The notes beneath the pieces were generated by a model. The model searched no databases. It was not told the DNA's origin and saw only the letters and a program-made list of their open reading frames with translations. A stretch of 64,000 nt of DNA, taken from NCBI GenBank assembly GCA_903901225.1, contig CAIUQE010000048.1, positions 5,844-69,843 of the forward strand, written 5' to 3'. The position numbers and the translations under genes were made by a program. Of this stretch, positions 28,062 to 37,058 are shown piece by piece. The stretch is from Candidatus Omnitrophota bacterium (lineage in GTDB: Bacteria > Omnitrophota > Gorgyraeia > Zapsychrales > Fredricksoniimonadaceae). Within the stretch, counting starts at the first letter, position 1; every line of letters begins with the position of its first letter.

Positions 28062-28964
28062 TCAATACCTGTTCACGGAAAGGACATGAAGCACGACCGT
28101 AAAAATAAAAATGAACGTCAACGGCAGATGAAGCACGTGCCATAAATAAAAAACACGTTCATAGAAATTGAATTCCGCGACGGTAACCGCTTGCCGTAAA
28201 AAGCCATGGCTTTTGCGTTCCATCTGGGTAAGGATCAGTTGCCGGCGGCGGAGCGACCAGTGGCGCTTGAGGGCATGTTCCTGGAGGTAGGCGTCGATCG
28301 CGCGGCGTATCTCGTGCCGGGTCACGCGCGCCTCGTGGCTGACTTCCAGCGCCCTCCTGAAACTGACCGACAGCACCTTCGTCGGCGTGATGACTTTTGC
28401 CAGAAAAGAATCCAGTTCCTGCTTGATAAGGGGAATGTAAGTAAAATGATGATATGTTATTTCCTTTGATTGCGCGAAAGATTTTTGAAGGTTGACCAGT
28501 GTCGTCCTCTCCCCGTTCAAGCTTTGGCAGATCTTGATGTAAATATGTTTGCCCACCACCCCGCTGGCGGACACGATCAGGAGCGAGAACAAAGCGATGT
28601 TGCTGTTGAAGGCGCCGAGATGGAAATTGCAATGGTAAAGGATGAGCAACGGCCCGAGTAATCCCAGCGTCATGTGCAACTGGAACCACTGTTTCATTGT
28701 GCCGATAACAGTCAGCGTTTTGACGCGTTTGCGTAATGGGTAGACAAATAACAGGAGCATCATGCCGGTACCGACAAACCCGTAGATGAGGCCCTGGCCA
28801 TGTGTCGGTGTGATGAGCTCATGGCGGCTTAACCGCCACCCCGCGACCACCGCGACGACGAGGAATAAATTAAAAAGCGAAGGGCTTAATGCGTCATAGC
28901 GCTTAACGCCCCTGGCCCAGGCGGGCGCAAATCTCAGTGTCAAATTTTTAATGATATCCGGCAT
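28062..28964 (-). CDS. Inner-membrane cytochrome b / ferric-reductase-like protein of the porin-cytochrome cluster
   Basis: About 5 TM helices with His in heme-b-like positions: WFQLHMTLG, ILYHCNF, WHVLHLPL, VLHV. Confidence 0.75.
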   Translation of the reverse strand: MPDIIKNLTLRFAPAWARGVKRYDALSPSLFNLFLVVAVVAGWRLSRHELITPTHGQGLIYGFVGTGMMLLLFVYPLRKRVKTLTVIGTMKQWFQLHMTLGLLGPLLILYHCNFHLGAFNSNIALFSLLIVSASGVVGKHIYIKICQSLNGERTTLVNLQKSFAQSKEITYHHFTYIPLIKQELDSFLAKVITPTKVLSVSFRRALEVSHEARVTRHEIRRAIDAYLQEHALKRHWSLRRRQLILTQMERKSHGFLRQAVTVAEFNFYERVFYLWHVLHLPLTFIFIFTVVLHVLSVNRY

Positions 28965-28973
28965 ATGGTCCTA

Positions 28974-31280
28974 CTAATAAATGATGTTCATCAGGAATTT
29001 CAAGAGGGTCATGTGCCTGGCAAGGAGGCGCTTCATTTCGGACGGGGCGGCATCCATGATCCTGACAGGCAAAAACGGGTTCGCTCCTTGCTTTAGAAGA
29101 GTCTTGACAATAACGCTGTTGTTGCGTTTGACGGCCAAAGCGAGCGCCGAGTTCCCCGCTTTGTTCATCGGTGTGACGTCCGCCCGATGGCCCAGTAACA
29201 GAGCGACCACATCCGCGGCGTCCGCGTCGACGGCCAGCATGAGGGGCGTATTGCCATCGTTGCTGGCCACATTGACAAGGGCTCCTGAGCTGACCAGCAA
29301 CAAAGCACACTCAATGCTGCCGGCGTGCGCGGCGAAAGACAAGGCCGTATGGCCTTCGTTGTTGCGGCGCGTTGTATCAGCTTTGCGCCCAAGAAGGAAT
29401 TTAACGGCCTCCTGGTGACCGTTCTCGGCGGCGATCATGAGCGCGGTGCGGCCCGACGCGTCGCTGGTGTTGATATCCATTTTTCGCGCGAGGAAGATAT
29501 CGATGAGATCAACGTCTCCCATCTTGACAGCGGCCAGGAACGGCCCCAATGCGCCGCCAGATGTCATGTCCCAGCTGGCCCCGGCATTTAAAAGCAACTT
29601 GGCAACGGGGCCGTGGCCGTTGGCAATGGCCTCAGCCAGGGCCTTGTCAAAAACGCGCGGGAATTTTTCGTGGCTGCCATATTCCTGGATAAGGCGGTTG
29701 ACCACGGCTTCATGGCCATTACCCGCCGCAAGGATCAAGGGCGAAGTTTTTTCCGGGTTGAGCCCGTCATTCACGCGTGCTCCGGCTTTGAGCAGGCGCG
29801 CGACAATATCCAGGTTGCCACGCCATGCGGCCCGGCTTAGCGGTGTCTGACCTTCTGTATCAGTCGCGTTGACATCAGCCCCCTGGAGGATCAAAAGGTC
29901 GACGATATCCTTTTCCCCTCGCCATACGGCCAGGATGAGGGGCGTTCTTGTCGCCGTGGTTTTTAAAAGAGAAGGATCGACCCCGGTAGACGGCAACATA
30001 ACTTTACCTGTGGCCAGGAGGGCCTCACTGACATCTTTATACCCTTTCAGTAAAGCGATGGATAAGGCATTCTCGTGGTTGCTGGTGGTCCGGGTGACAT
30101 CCGCTCCCTGGTTGATGAGGAACTTGACCATGGGAAGGTCGTCCTGCCAGGCTGCCAGCATCAAAGGTGTCAGGCCTTTAGTATTGGGGAAATCGATCTT
30201 GCTGCCGGCTTTTAGCAGCATTTCGGCTGACGTGAAGTCTTTCTTTTGCACCGCAAGCAGCAGCGCGTTGTCACCGTCATTACTGAGGATGTCGGGGTCA
30301 GCTCCTTTTCGGATGACGTCGGGAAGCCATGCCGTCAGGCCGCGCGCCACGGTTTCCATGAGAGCCGTGCGTCCGTTGCGGTCTTTGTAATTGATGTTCA
30401 GGCCAGCCGCGATGATCCGGTCAAAATCATCTTTGCGCGCGTTCCTGATCGCTGATAAGAAAAGTTCTTCGCGCGGCAGGTCAGGGTCGTTCTGGCCCCA
30501 CCGGGCCTGCTGTTGTATTGTTTTTAGCCTTTCGATCGCCGGACTGAACCCCTTACCCGCGGCTCTTGTGTACCAGGACAAGGCGTCCTGATAGCTTGAA
30601 GCGGTCCCTTTGCCAGTTTCGATGAGCTGTCCCAGCCGGTATTCAGATTCAAGGTCCCCTTGATCAGCAAGGGTTTTATAGAGGTTCACGGCTAGCGCGA
30701 AGTCTTTGTTGTTGACGGCTTGCATGGCCCTGTCATGCAGTTGTTGCTGCGATGAAAGTATGGCCGATGGCTTGAGGGCATTTATGGTTTCAGAGGAAGA
30801 TGTTTCTTTGATCCGAAGAGATGTCGTGCCGTTAATCTTGATATCCGCCAGGCGGTCGACAGCGGGGGTGTAATTCTGGCCGGCTGATTTTTTATACCAG
30901 GATAAGGCTTCGGGAATACCCTGAAGCACTCCCCGGCCGGATTCGAGCATGGAGGCGACATTGAATTGGGCTTTGGCGTTGCCTTTTTCAGCAGCCTTTT
31001 TATACCATGAAAAAGCCGTCGGGTAGTCTTTGGGAACTCCCTTCCCTGTCTCGTAAAGAGCGCCGAGTTGGTATAGCGCGTCGGGATCGCCCTGATCGGC
31101 CAGGCCGGAATATAGCGTAAGCGCAAGTGTGTAATCTCTCGCGCGGATCGCACGCCTGGCTTCATCCATTGGCGATGGCCTGGAGGGAATATCCTGGGCG
31201 CGGGCATCGAGCCCAACGCCCAGGATAAGTAACGGGATAACGGCGGATACACAACGCCGCCATGACCGAGCATGCGACAT
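28974..31280 (-). CDS. Secreted Sel1-repeat plus ankyrin-repeat protein
   Basis: Signal peptide ending ARAQ, Sel1 repeats (ALYQLGALYETGKGV, AQFNVASMLESGRGV), and about a dozen ankyrin repeats (GRTALM, GLTPLMLAA, GNTPLMLAV). Start is uncertain between 31280 and 31304. Confidence 0.88.
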   Translation of the reverse strand: MSHARSWRRCVSAVIPLLILGVGLDARAQDIPSRPSPMDEARRAIRARDYTLALTLYSGLADQGDPDALYQLGALYETGKGVPKDYPTAFSWYKKAAEKGNAKAQFNVASMLESGRGVLQGIPEALSWYKKSAGQNYTPAVDRLADIKINGTTSLRIKETSSSETINALKPSAILSSQQQLHDRAMQAVNNKDFALAVNLYKTLADQGDLESEYRLGQLIETGKGTASSYQDALSWYTRAAGKGFSPAIERLKTIQQQARWGQNDPDLPREELFLSAIRNARKDDFDRIIAAGLNINYKDRNGRTALMETVARGLTAWLPDVIRKGADPDILSNDGDNALLLAVQKKDFTSAEMLLKAGSKIDFPNTKGLTPLMLAAWQDDLPMVKFLINQGADVTRTTSNHENALSIALLKGYKDVSEALLATGKVMLPSTGVDPSLLKTTATRTPLILAVWRGEKDIVDLLILQGADVNATDTEGQTPLSRAAWRGNLDIVARLLKAGARVNDGLNPEKTSPLILAAGNGHEAVVNRLIQEYGSHEKFPRVFDKALAEAIANGHGPVAKLLLNAGASWDMTSGGALGPFLAAVKMGDVDLIDIFLARKMDINTSDASGRTALMIAAENGHQEAVKFLLGRKADTTRRNNEGHTALSFAAHAGSIECALLLVSSGALVNVASNDGNTPLMLAVDADAADVVALLLGHRADVTPMNKAGNSALALAVKRNNSVIVKTLLKQGANPFLPVRIMDAAPSEMKRLLARHMTLLKFLMNIIY

Positions 31281-31314
31281 TCCTGGATCTCCCATAAAAA
31301 GCACAATGCTATTA

Positions 31315-33540
31315 CTAAAAGATCAGCCTGTACCCGGTAGTAATGAACATTTCACGCGATTTGGACTTAATGCCCGACGCGATCTCGCTGACCCACTCTG
31401 TTCCGCCGTCAATTTCCAGTGTCGCGAACTTTGTCAGGCTGTACTCCAGGCGCATTTCGGGACGATAAGCCCAGCGTTCGTCGGCTGACGCTTTCGTGTC
31501 TTTAAAGTCCGTATGAAAACGCGGATTGATCCTGGTTTTGGCCGTCAGCGGGTAACGCGCGTTGAGGTTGAACGCGTAATCATAATATGTTTGCGCGTCG
31601 GTGAACACCAGGCCCGGGATCAAAGAGTCCTGCTCTTTGATAAGGTTGCTGATGTTCAGTTCGGTTGAATAGGTCCAGTCCGGCCCTGTTGAATTGGAGC
31701 CTTCAACCCCGCCGGACGTGATCATACCTTCGAGCGCGGAGACCGAGACTTCACCCGTCCACTGGAGATTTTCCCTGATGTCCTGGCTCACACCGGCCGT
31801 GGCCGACTTGCTGTTCGTCGAGCGGTCAATGGCCAGTTGGCGCAGCTCTTTTCTGGTATAAGTGGACTTAAGGTCGGATATATTCGCGACACCCATCCCC
31901 TGGATCGCGTTGTTCGTTGTGATCAAAGGCGACTTGCGGTAGTCTGCCGTCAAGCTGAGCGTGGTCTTTGTCGGCAAGGTGTAACGCATGTTGGTGGACG
32001 CGATATTGAGCCTCTGGAAATATGTATCATAATCGACAAGTGTGAAGAGCGATTTTTTCCGGTCAAAATACCTGACCTCGCCGCCCACCGCCTGGCGGTC
32101 CGTCAAGCCTGAATTCTGCTGGGCAATGGCAAAGGTATTGAATGTCCAGCGCGCTTTGGGGATCCCCCAGTCGATGTTGATCCCTTCGAACAGTTTCTGC
32201 GTGATCACCCGTGATATTTTCACGCTATCAACCGGATAACCGCTGACAACGTTGAGCTTTATCCCTGGGGTTATCTGCTTGGACACATGGACACCGTCAA
32301 AACGACCCAATACGCCGCCCGTTGAGAGTGTCTGGCGTCCGGCGCGCGCGTAGAAACCGAGTTTTTTGGACTTGATATCAACGGCCATGGCGCTCAAGCG
32401 ATTCTCATTCTTGCTGCCGCTGAGGTAATTCTGTGTTTTTCCACCGCTGAAACGCGCCTTGATCTCGAGGTCCCGGCTCTTCCACCGCCCGTTGATATCA
32501 ACGTCGCTGGCAAGGTTGTTCAACGTGTCGTTTTGTTTGCTTCCTTTGATCTTTAACATGTCCCTGTAATAGTACTGGGACGCGCTGCCGAAATACTGCG
32601 ATGACCACACGGACTCGGCGATCTTTCTGCTGGCGCCGGCAGGTTCCTTGAGAGGGGCCTGGGCGGCCTGGGTGGAGGTAACAACACCCGCCAGGCGTTG
32701 ACGGACACGGTCGGCGTCGGGGCCTTCGGGATATTCTTTAAGGTACTGGCTGTATTCAGCGGCCGCGTGGGCCAGTTGCTTGTTGCGTTCCCGCGCGACA
32801 CCCAACAATTCCCGCGCCTGTTTTTTCAATTCTCCTTGAGCTGTCAGAAGGACTTTCAAATATAGCTGGACCGCGGCGTCATAATCAGGCTTCACCAGCG
32901 CATCTTTGGCTTCCCGCATGAGCGAAGATTCAGGCTGGTCTAGAGGGGCTTCAGGCAATGCCAATTCCCCTGCTTTCCTGGCTTCGAGCCCGGCCCCCTG
33001 CGGCGGCTGGGCTGTAGTTACCCTGATGGTCACGGTTTTCATATCCGCGCTGTCATGCACATCGATCGTAACATCTTCGTTAAAATCGAGGATGATCTGC
33101 GGGTTTTCCGTGTCATTGCCATCGAAAGTGATATTGTTCAACGGGATGCCTGAGGAGTGATCCCAGGAAGGGATCAGGTTCGAATGGATGATGTCGAGAT
33201 CCTCCTGGTCCAGTTTTGAATGGTCGACGGTCTTTAACTGGATGTAGAACTTGCTCGCTTTCCCGGAGGGTGACGCATTCTTGAAGCGGTAGGAATAGAG
33301 CGAGTTCATCTCGATCTTGTAACCTTCGGAAATTGTCTGGATCTTGATATCTTCCATGGCGCCGGCATAAGCAGGTACGACGGAAAGTAACCAAATGCTT
33401 AGGAAGACTGTTAATGATCTGACGCCGTTGGCCAGTGTTTCTTGAAGAAAAGTTTTATTCACGAACGTTGAGCCGGATATATTTTTTATAGTGAGCACGA
33501 TAGTCTTTCTTACTTGTTGAATGTTCTTGTTGAGTGACAC
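31315..33540 (-). CDS. Outer-membrane beta-barrel (porin) with N-terminal periplasmic/TPR region
   Basis: Signal peptide ending PAYA, TPR-like helices (YLKEYPEGPDADRVRQRL), then amphipathic beta-strands and a terminal aromatic signature TGYRLIF. The start may be downstream, for example GTG 33462. Confidence 0.8.
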   Translation of the reverse strand: MSLNKNIQQVRKTIVLTIKNISGSTFVNKTFLQETLANGVRSLTVFLSIWLLSVVPAYAGAMEDIKIQTISEGYKIEMNSLYSYRFKNASPSGKASKFYIQLKTVDHSKLDQEDLDIIHSNLIPSWDHSSGIPLNNITFDGNDTENPQIILDFNEDVTIDVHDSADMKTVTIRVTTAQPPQGAGLEARKAGELALPEAPLDQPESSLMREAKDALVKPDYDAAVQLYLKVLLTAQGELKKQARELLGVARERNKQLAHAAAEYSQYLKEYPEGPDADRVRQRLAGVVTSTQAAQAPLKEPAGASRKIAESVWSSQYFGSASQYYYRDMLKIKGSKQNDTLNNLASDVDINGRWKSRDLEIKARFSGGKTQNYLSGSKNENRLSAMAVDIKSKKLGFYARAGRQTLSTGGVLGRFDGVHVSKQITPGIKLNVVSGYPVDSVKISRVITQKLFEGINIDWGIPKARWTFNTFAIAQQNSGLTDRQAVGGEVRYFDRKKSLFTLVDYDTYFQRLNIASTNMRYTLPTKTTLSLTADYRKSPLITTNNAIQGMGVANISDLKSTYTRKELRQLAIDRSTNSKSATAGVSQDIRENLQWTGEVSVSALEGMITSGGVEGSNSTGPDWTYSTELNISNLIKEQDSLIPGLVFTDAQTYYDYAFNLNARYPLTAKTRINPRFHTDFKDTKASADERWAYRPEMRLEYSLTKFATLEIDGGTEWVSEIASGIKSKSREMFITTGYRLIF

Positions 33541-36500
33541 GCGCCACAGTCTTGTGTGGTACGCGGATGATCATGCGACTTTCCAGTGATCTGGATGCCG
33601 TCATGCGATTGTCCATCATGGCAGCTGGAACAAGTTCCGGATGCATCTGAATGGTTGAATTTGCTGCTTGAAACATTCCAACTTGAGGTCAAATGGCAAT
33701 TGCCGCAATTATTGGTGGTATTTAAATGGGAAGCTCCTTTTCCTGTAGCTTTTGATCCGTTATGGCACGAGGAACATGTTCCCGTGACCGCTGTATGATC
33801 AACGCGTGCTACCGGTGTCCAGGCCACGGTCGAGTGGCAACTGTTGCAGGTGCTCGCGGAACTGATGTGGTTAGCCGATTTGCCTGTAGCGGATGATCCG
33901 TTGTGGCAGGTGGAACATGCCGCAGAAACGCCGCCATGGTCAAAAACCGCGGGGGTCCAGGCATTGGTGTTGTGGCAGGCGTCACAGCTCGTCGATGTCG
34001 GGATGTGCGTGGCGTTCTTACCCGGAGCCGTCGAGCCGTTATGGCAACTGGAGCATGACCCTGTCACCGAGGTGTGGTCTACCCTTGAGACAGAGCTCCA
34101 GGAAACGGTCGTATGGCAGTTATTGCAAATATTGTTCGTCGTGATATGGGTCGGAGGCTTACCGCTCGCGCTTGTGCCATTATGGCAATTCGCGCATGAA
34201 CCGCTCACCGCGTTGTGGTCCATCCGCGTCACGGGGGTCCAGGCCGAGGTCGAATGACAGCTGTCGCAGGTCGTTGCCGAAGCAATATGGTTTGGCGATT
34301 TCCCGGTGGCCGTGGTGCCATTATGGCAGCTTGAACAAGAGCCGCTGACCCGCGAGTGATCCAGGCGTGACACGGCCCAGCTCGATGTTGTGTGGCAGGA
34401 GTCACAGGACGCTGATGTTGCGATATGGTTCCCCGGCTTCCCTGTCGCCGTTGAGCCATTGTGACAGTTCGCGCAGGTGCCGGTCGCCGCGGCATGGTCC
34501 ATGCGGGTGACGGGCGACCAGGCTGAGGTTGAATGGCAACTGTCGCAGGTTGTTGCGGAGGCGATATGATTGGCCGGCTTCCCCGAGGCGGTCGTGCCGT
34601 TATGGCAGCTGGAACATGTGCCGCTGACCTTGGAGTGGTCCAGACGTGACACGGTCCAGCTCGACGTTGTATGGCAGGCGTCACAGGCCGCGGATGTGGT
34701 GATGTGATTTGCAGGTTTTCCTGTCGCCGCCGACCCGTTGTGGCAGTTGGCACATGTGCCGGTCACCGCGGCATGGTCCATGCGGGTGACGGGCGTCCAG
34801 GCTGTGGTCGAATGACAGCTGTCGCAGGTCGTCGCGGAGGCGATGTGGTTCGCCGATTTTCCCGGTGCCGTTGTGCCGTTATGGCAGCTGGAACACGTCC
34901 CGCTGAGCTTGGAATGGTCCAGCCGGGACACGGTCCACGATGATGTCGTATGGCAGGCGTCACAGGCGGCGCTTGTGGCAATGTGCGTGCCCGGCTTGCC
35001 TGTGGCGGCTGATCCATTATGGCACGCGGCGCACGCTCCTGTCACCGCCGCGTGATCAAGCCTCATCACGGGTGACCACGCCGTTGTCGAATGGCAACTG
35101 TTACATGTTGCCGCGGAACTTATGTGCGTGGGAGATTTTCCGGTCGCGGTCGTTCCGTTGTGGCAGCTTGAACAACTGCCGCTTACCTTGCTGTGGTCCA
35201 GCGATGTCACGGCCCAGTTGTTGGTGCCATGGCAGGCGTCACAGCTGGCGCTCGTGGCGATATGTGTGGGCGATCTTCCCGTAGCGGCAGACCCGTTGTG
35301 GCAGCTCGCGCAGGTTCCTGTCGCCGCCGTATGGTCCATCCTTGCCAGCGGGGTCCAGGCTGATGTGGTGTGACAACTGTTGCAGGTTGTTGCGGCAGCG
35401 ATGTGCGTTGGCGATTTTCCTGTCGCTGTAGTACCGTTATGACAACTCGCGCAGGTCCCGCTGGCCTTGGTGTGGTCAAATGAAGATACCGCCCAACTGT
35501 TGATGCTGTGGCATGAATCACAGCTGGCGCTTGTGGCAATGTGGGTGGCGGTCTTGCCCGGCGCCGTTGATCCGTTGTGGCATGATGCGCATGTTCCGCT
35601 AACGGACGCATGGTCCATTTTTGTCAAGGGGGTCCAGGCCGAGGTTGAATGGCAACTGTTACAGGTCGTCGCGGAACTGATATGCGTCGCGGACTTGCCC
35701 GTCGCGGACGTCCCGTTATGGCAGCTCGCGCAGGTCCCGGTGACCTTGTTATGGTCAAGTGAGGCCGCTGCCCAAGTGGTTGTGCTGTGACAGGAATCAC
35801 ACGTGGCACTGGTGGCGACATGTTTGGCAGGCTTGCCTGTGGAGATGGTCCCGTTATGGCAGCTTGCGCAGGTCCCGGTCACGGCCGCGTGGTCCATTTT
35901 TGTCAACGGCGTCCAGGCTGATGTGGCGTGGCAACTGTTACAGGTCGTCGCGGTGCTGATATGTGTGGCTGACTTACCTGCCGCGGACGTCCCGTTATGG
36001 CAACTGGCGCACGCGCCGCCGCCGGTCTTGTTGTGGTCAAATGATGATACAGCCCAGCTGTTGACGCTGTGGCAGGCATCGCAGCCGGTTGATGTGGCAA
36101 TATGCCGGGCCGGCTTCCCTGTCGCGGCGCGCCCGTTATGGCAATTCGCGCACGTGCCGATACCGGCCGCATGATCCATCTTGGTCAGGGGTGTCCAGCC
36201 GGTTGTCGTATGGCAACTGTTGCAGGTTGCCGTCGAACTTATGTGTGACGGAGATTTTCCCTGCGCGGTCGTCCCGTTGTGGCAACTGGCGCATGTCCCG
36301 GATGCTCTTTTGTGGTCGAAAGAAGCCACGGCCCAGCTGTTGGTGGTGTGACACGTGTCGCAGGCATCGTTGGTCAGGATGTGACGGGACGGTTTTCCTG
36401 TCGCGGTCGTCGTATTGTGGCAACTGGCACATGTCCCTGATGCCCTGGAGTGATCGAACTTTTTGACGGCCCAGCTGTTGGTGGTATGGCACACTTCACA

Positions 36501-37058
36501 GCCATCGGTCGTGACAATATGGCTTATCGGCCGGCCCGTGGCATTCTGGCCGTTATGGCAGCGGGCACAAACGCCGATGACCTTACTGTGATCAAATTTA
36601 ACCTTGGTCCAGCTGGAAGTGACATGGCAGGTGTCACAGTTGGCAACTGTCGGGACGTGCCCGATGTCCTTCCCGCCCGCTGTTGTCCCGTTGTGGCAGT
36701 TGAGGCATGAGCCGATCACCGCGTTATGGTCAACCGAAACATTGCTGCTGAAATTTGTTGATGAATGGCAATCCTGGCAGCGTTCGCTGCTCCTGATGTG
36801 GTTGACAGGCTTTGACATGGCCTGGATGCCCGCGCCTGAAGTGTGGCAGCCGTCACAGGTGTTGGGCGTGTTCTTGAAGCGGCCTTGCGCGTGGCACGTC
36901 TCACATGTCAGCCCGGCATGGGCCCCGGTGATGGCAAAGCCCGTCGTGTTGTGGTCGAACGTTCCGGTATCAGCCTGTGCTCCTGCAGGAAGCAGCGCCA
37001 GGACGAAAGCCAGCGCCCATGTCATGAAAGCCAAAAGGTTTATTCGTTTATCGCTCAT
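33510..37058 (-). CDS. Giant multiheme c-type cytochrome (49 CxxCH motifs), secreted
   Basis: Signal peptide ending AQA. I counted 49 CxxCH motifs by hand, spaced about 23 aa apart, nearly all with an upstream His. Confidence 0.95.
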   Translation of the reverse strand: MSDKRINLLAFMTWALAFVLALLPAGAQADTGTFDHNTTGFAITGAHAGLTCETCHAQGRFKNTPNTCDGCHTSGAGIQAMSKPVNHIRSSERCQDCHSSTNFSSNVSVDHNAVIGSCLNCHNGTTAGGKDIGHVPTVANCDTCHVTSSWTKVKFDHSKVIGVCARCHNGQNATGRPISHIVTTDGCEVCHTTNSWAVKKFDHSRASGTCASCHNTTTATGKPSRHILTNDACDTCHTTNSWAVASFDHKRASGTCASCHNGTTAQGKSPSHISSTATCNSCHTTTGWTPLTKMDHAAGIGTCANCHNGRAATGKPARHIATSTGCDACHSVNSWAVSSFDHNKTGGGACASCHNGTSAAGKSATHISTATTCNSCHATSAWTPLTKMDHAAVTGTCASCHNGTISTGKPAKHVATSATCDSCHSTTTWAAASLDHNKVTGTCASCHNGTSATGKSATHISSATTCNSCHSTSAWTPLTKMDHASVSGTCASCHNGSTAPGKTATHIATSASCDSCHSINSWAVSSFDHTKASGTCASCHNGTTATGKSPTHIAAATTCNSCHTTSAWTPLARMDHTAATGTCASCHNGSAATGRSPTHIATSASCDACHGTNNWAVTSLDHSKVSGSCSSCHNGTTATGKSPTHISSAATCNSCHSTTAWSPVMRLDHAAVTGACAACHNGSAATGKPGTHIATSAACDACHTTSSWTVSRLDHSKLSGTCSSCHNGTTAPGKSANHIASATTCDSCHSTTAWTPVTRMDHAAVTGTCANCHNGSAATGKPANHITTSAACDACHTTSSWTVSRLDHSKVSGTCSSCHNGTTASGKPANHIASATTCDSCHSTSAWSPVTRMDHAAATGTCANCHNGSTATGKPGNHIATSASCDSCHTTSSWAVSRLDHSRVSGSCSSCHNGTTATGKSPNHIASATTCDSCHSTSAWTPVTRMDHNAVSGSCANCHNGTSASGKPPTHITTNNICNNCHTTVSWSSVSRVDHTSVTGSCSSCHNGSTAPGKNATHIPTSTSCDACHNTNAWTPAVFDHGGVSAACSTCHNGSSATGKSANHISSASTCNSCHSTVAWTPVARVDHTAVTGTCSSCHNGSKATGKGASHLNTTNNCGNCHLTSSWNVSSSKFNHSDASGTCSSCHDGQSHDGIQITGKSHDHPRTTQDCGACHSTRTFNK
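33780..36300 (-). repeat. Intragenic tandem repeat: 2-heme unit (46-47 aa) within a 4-heme super-repeat (93 aa, 279 bp)
   Basis: Alternating WTP..MDH and WAV..DH linkers recur, with near-identical DNA blocks such as CCGTTATGGCAGCT and GGCATGGTCCATGCGGGTGACGGGCG. Boundaries are approximate. Confidence 0.85.

Noticed and set aside
33780-36300. Periodic DNA repeats as a possible CRISPR array
   Set aside because: The repeats are degenerate, in frame and protein-coding. There are no unique spacers and no cas genes.
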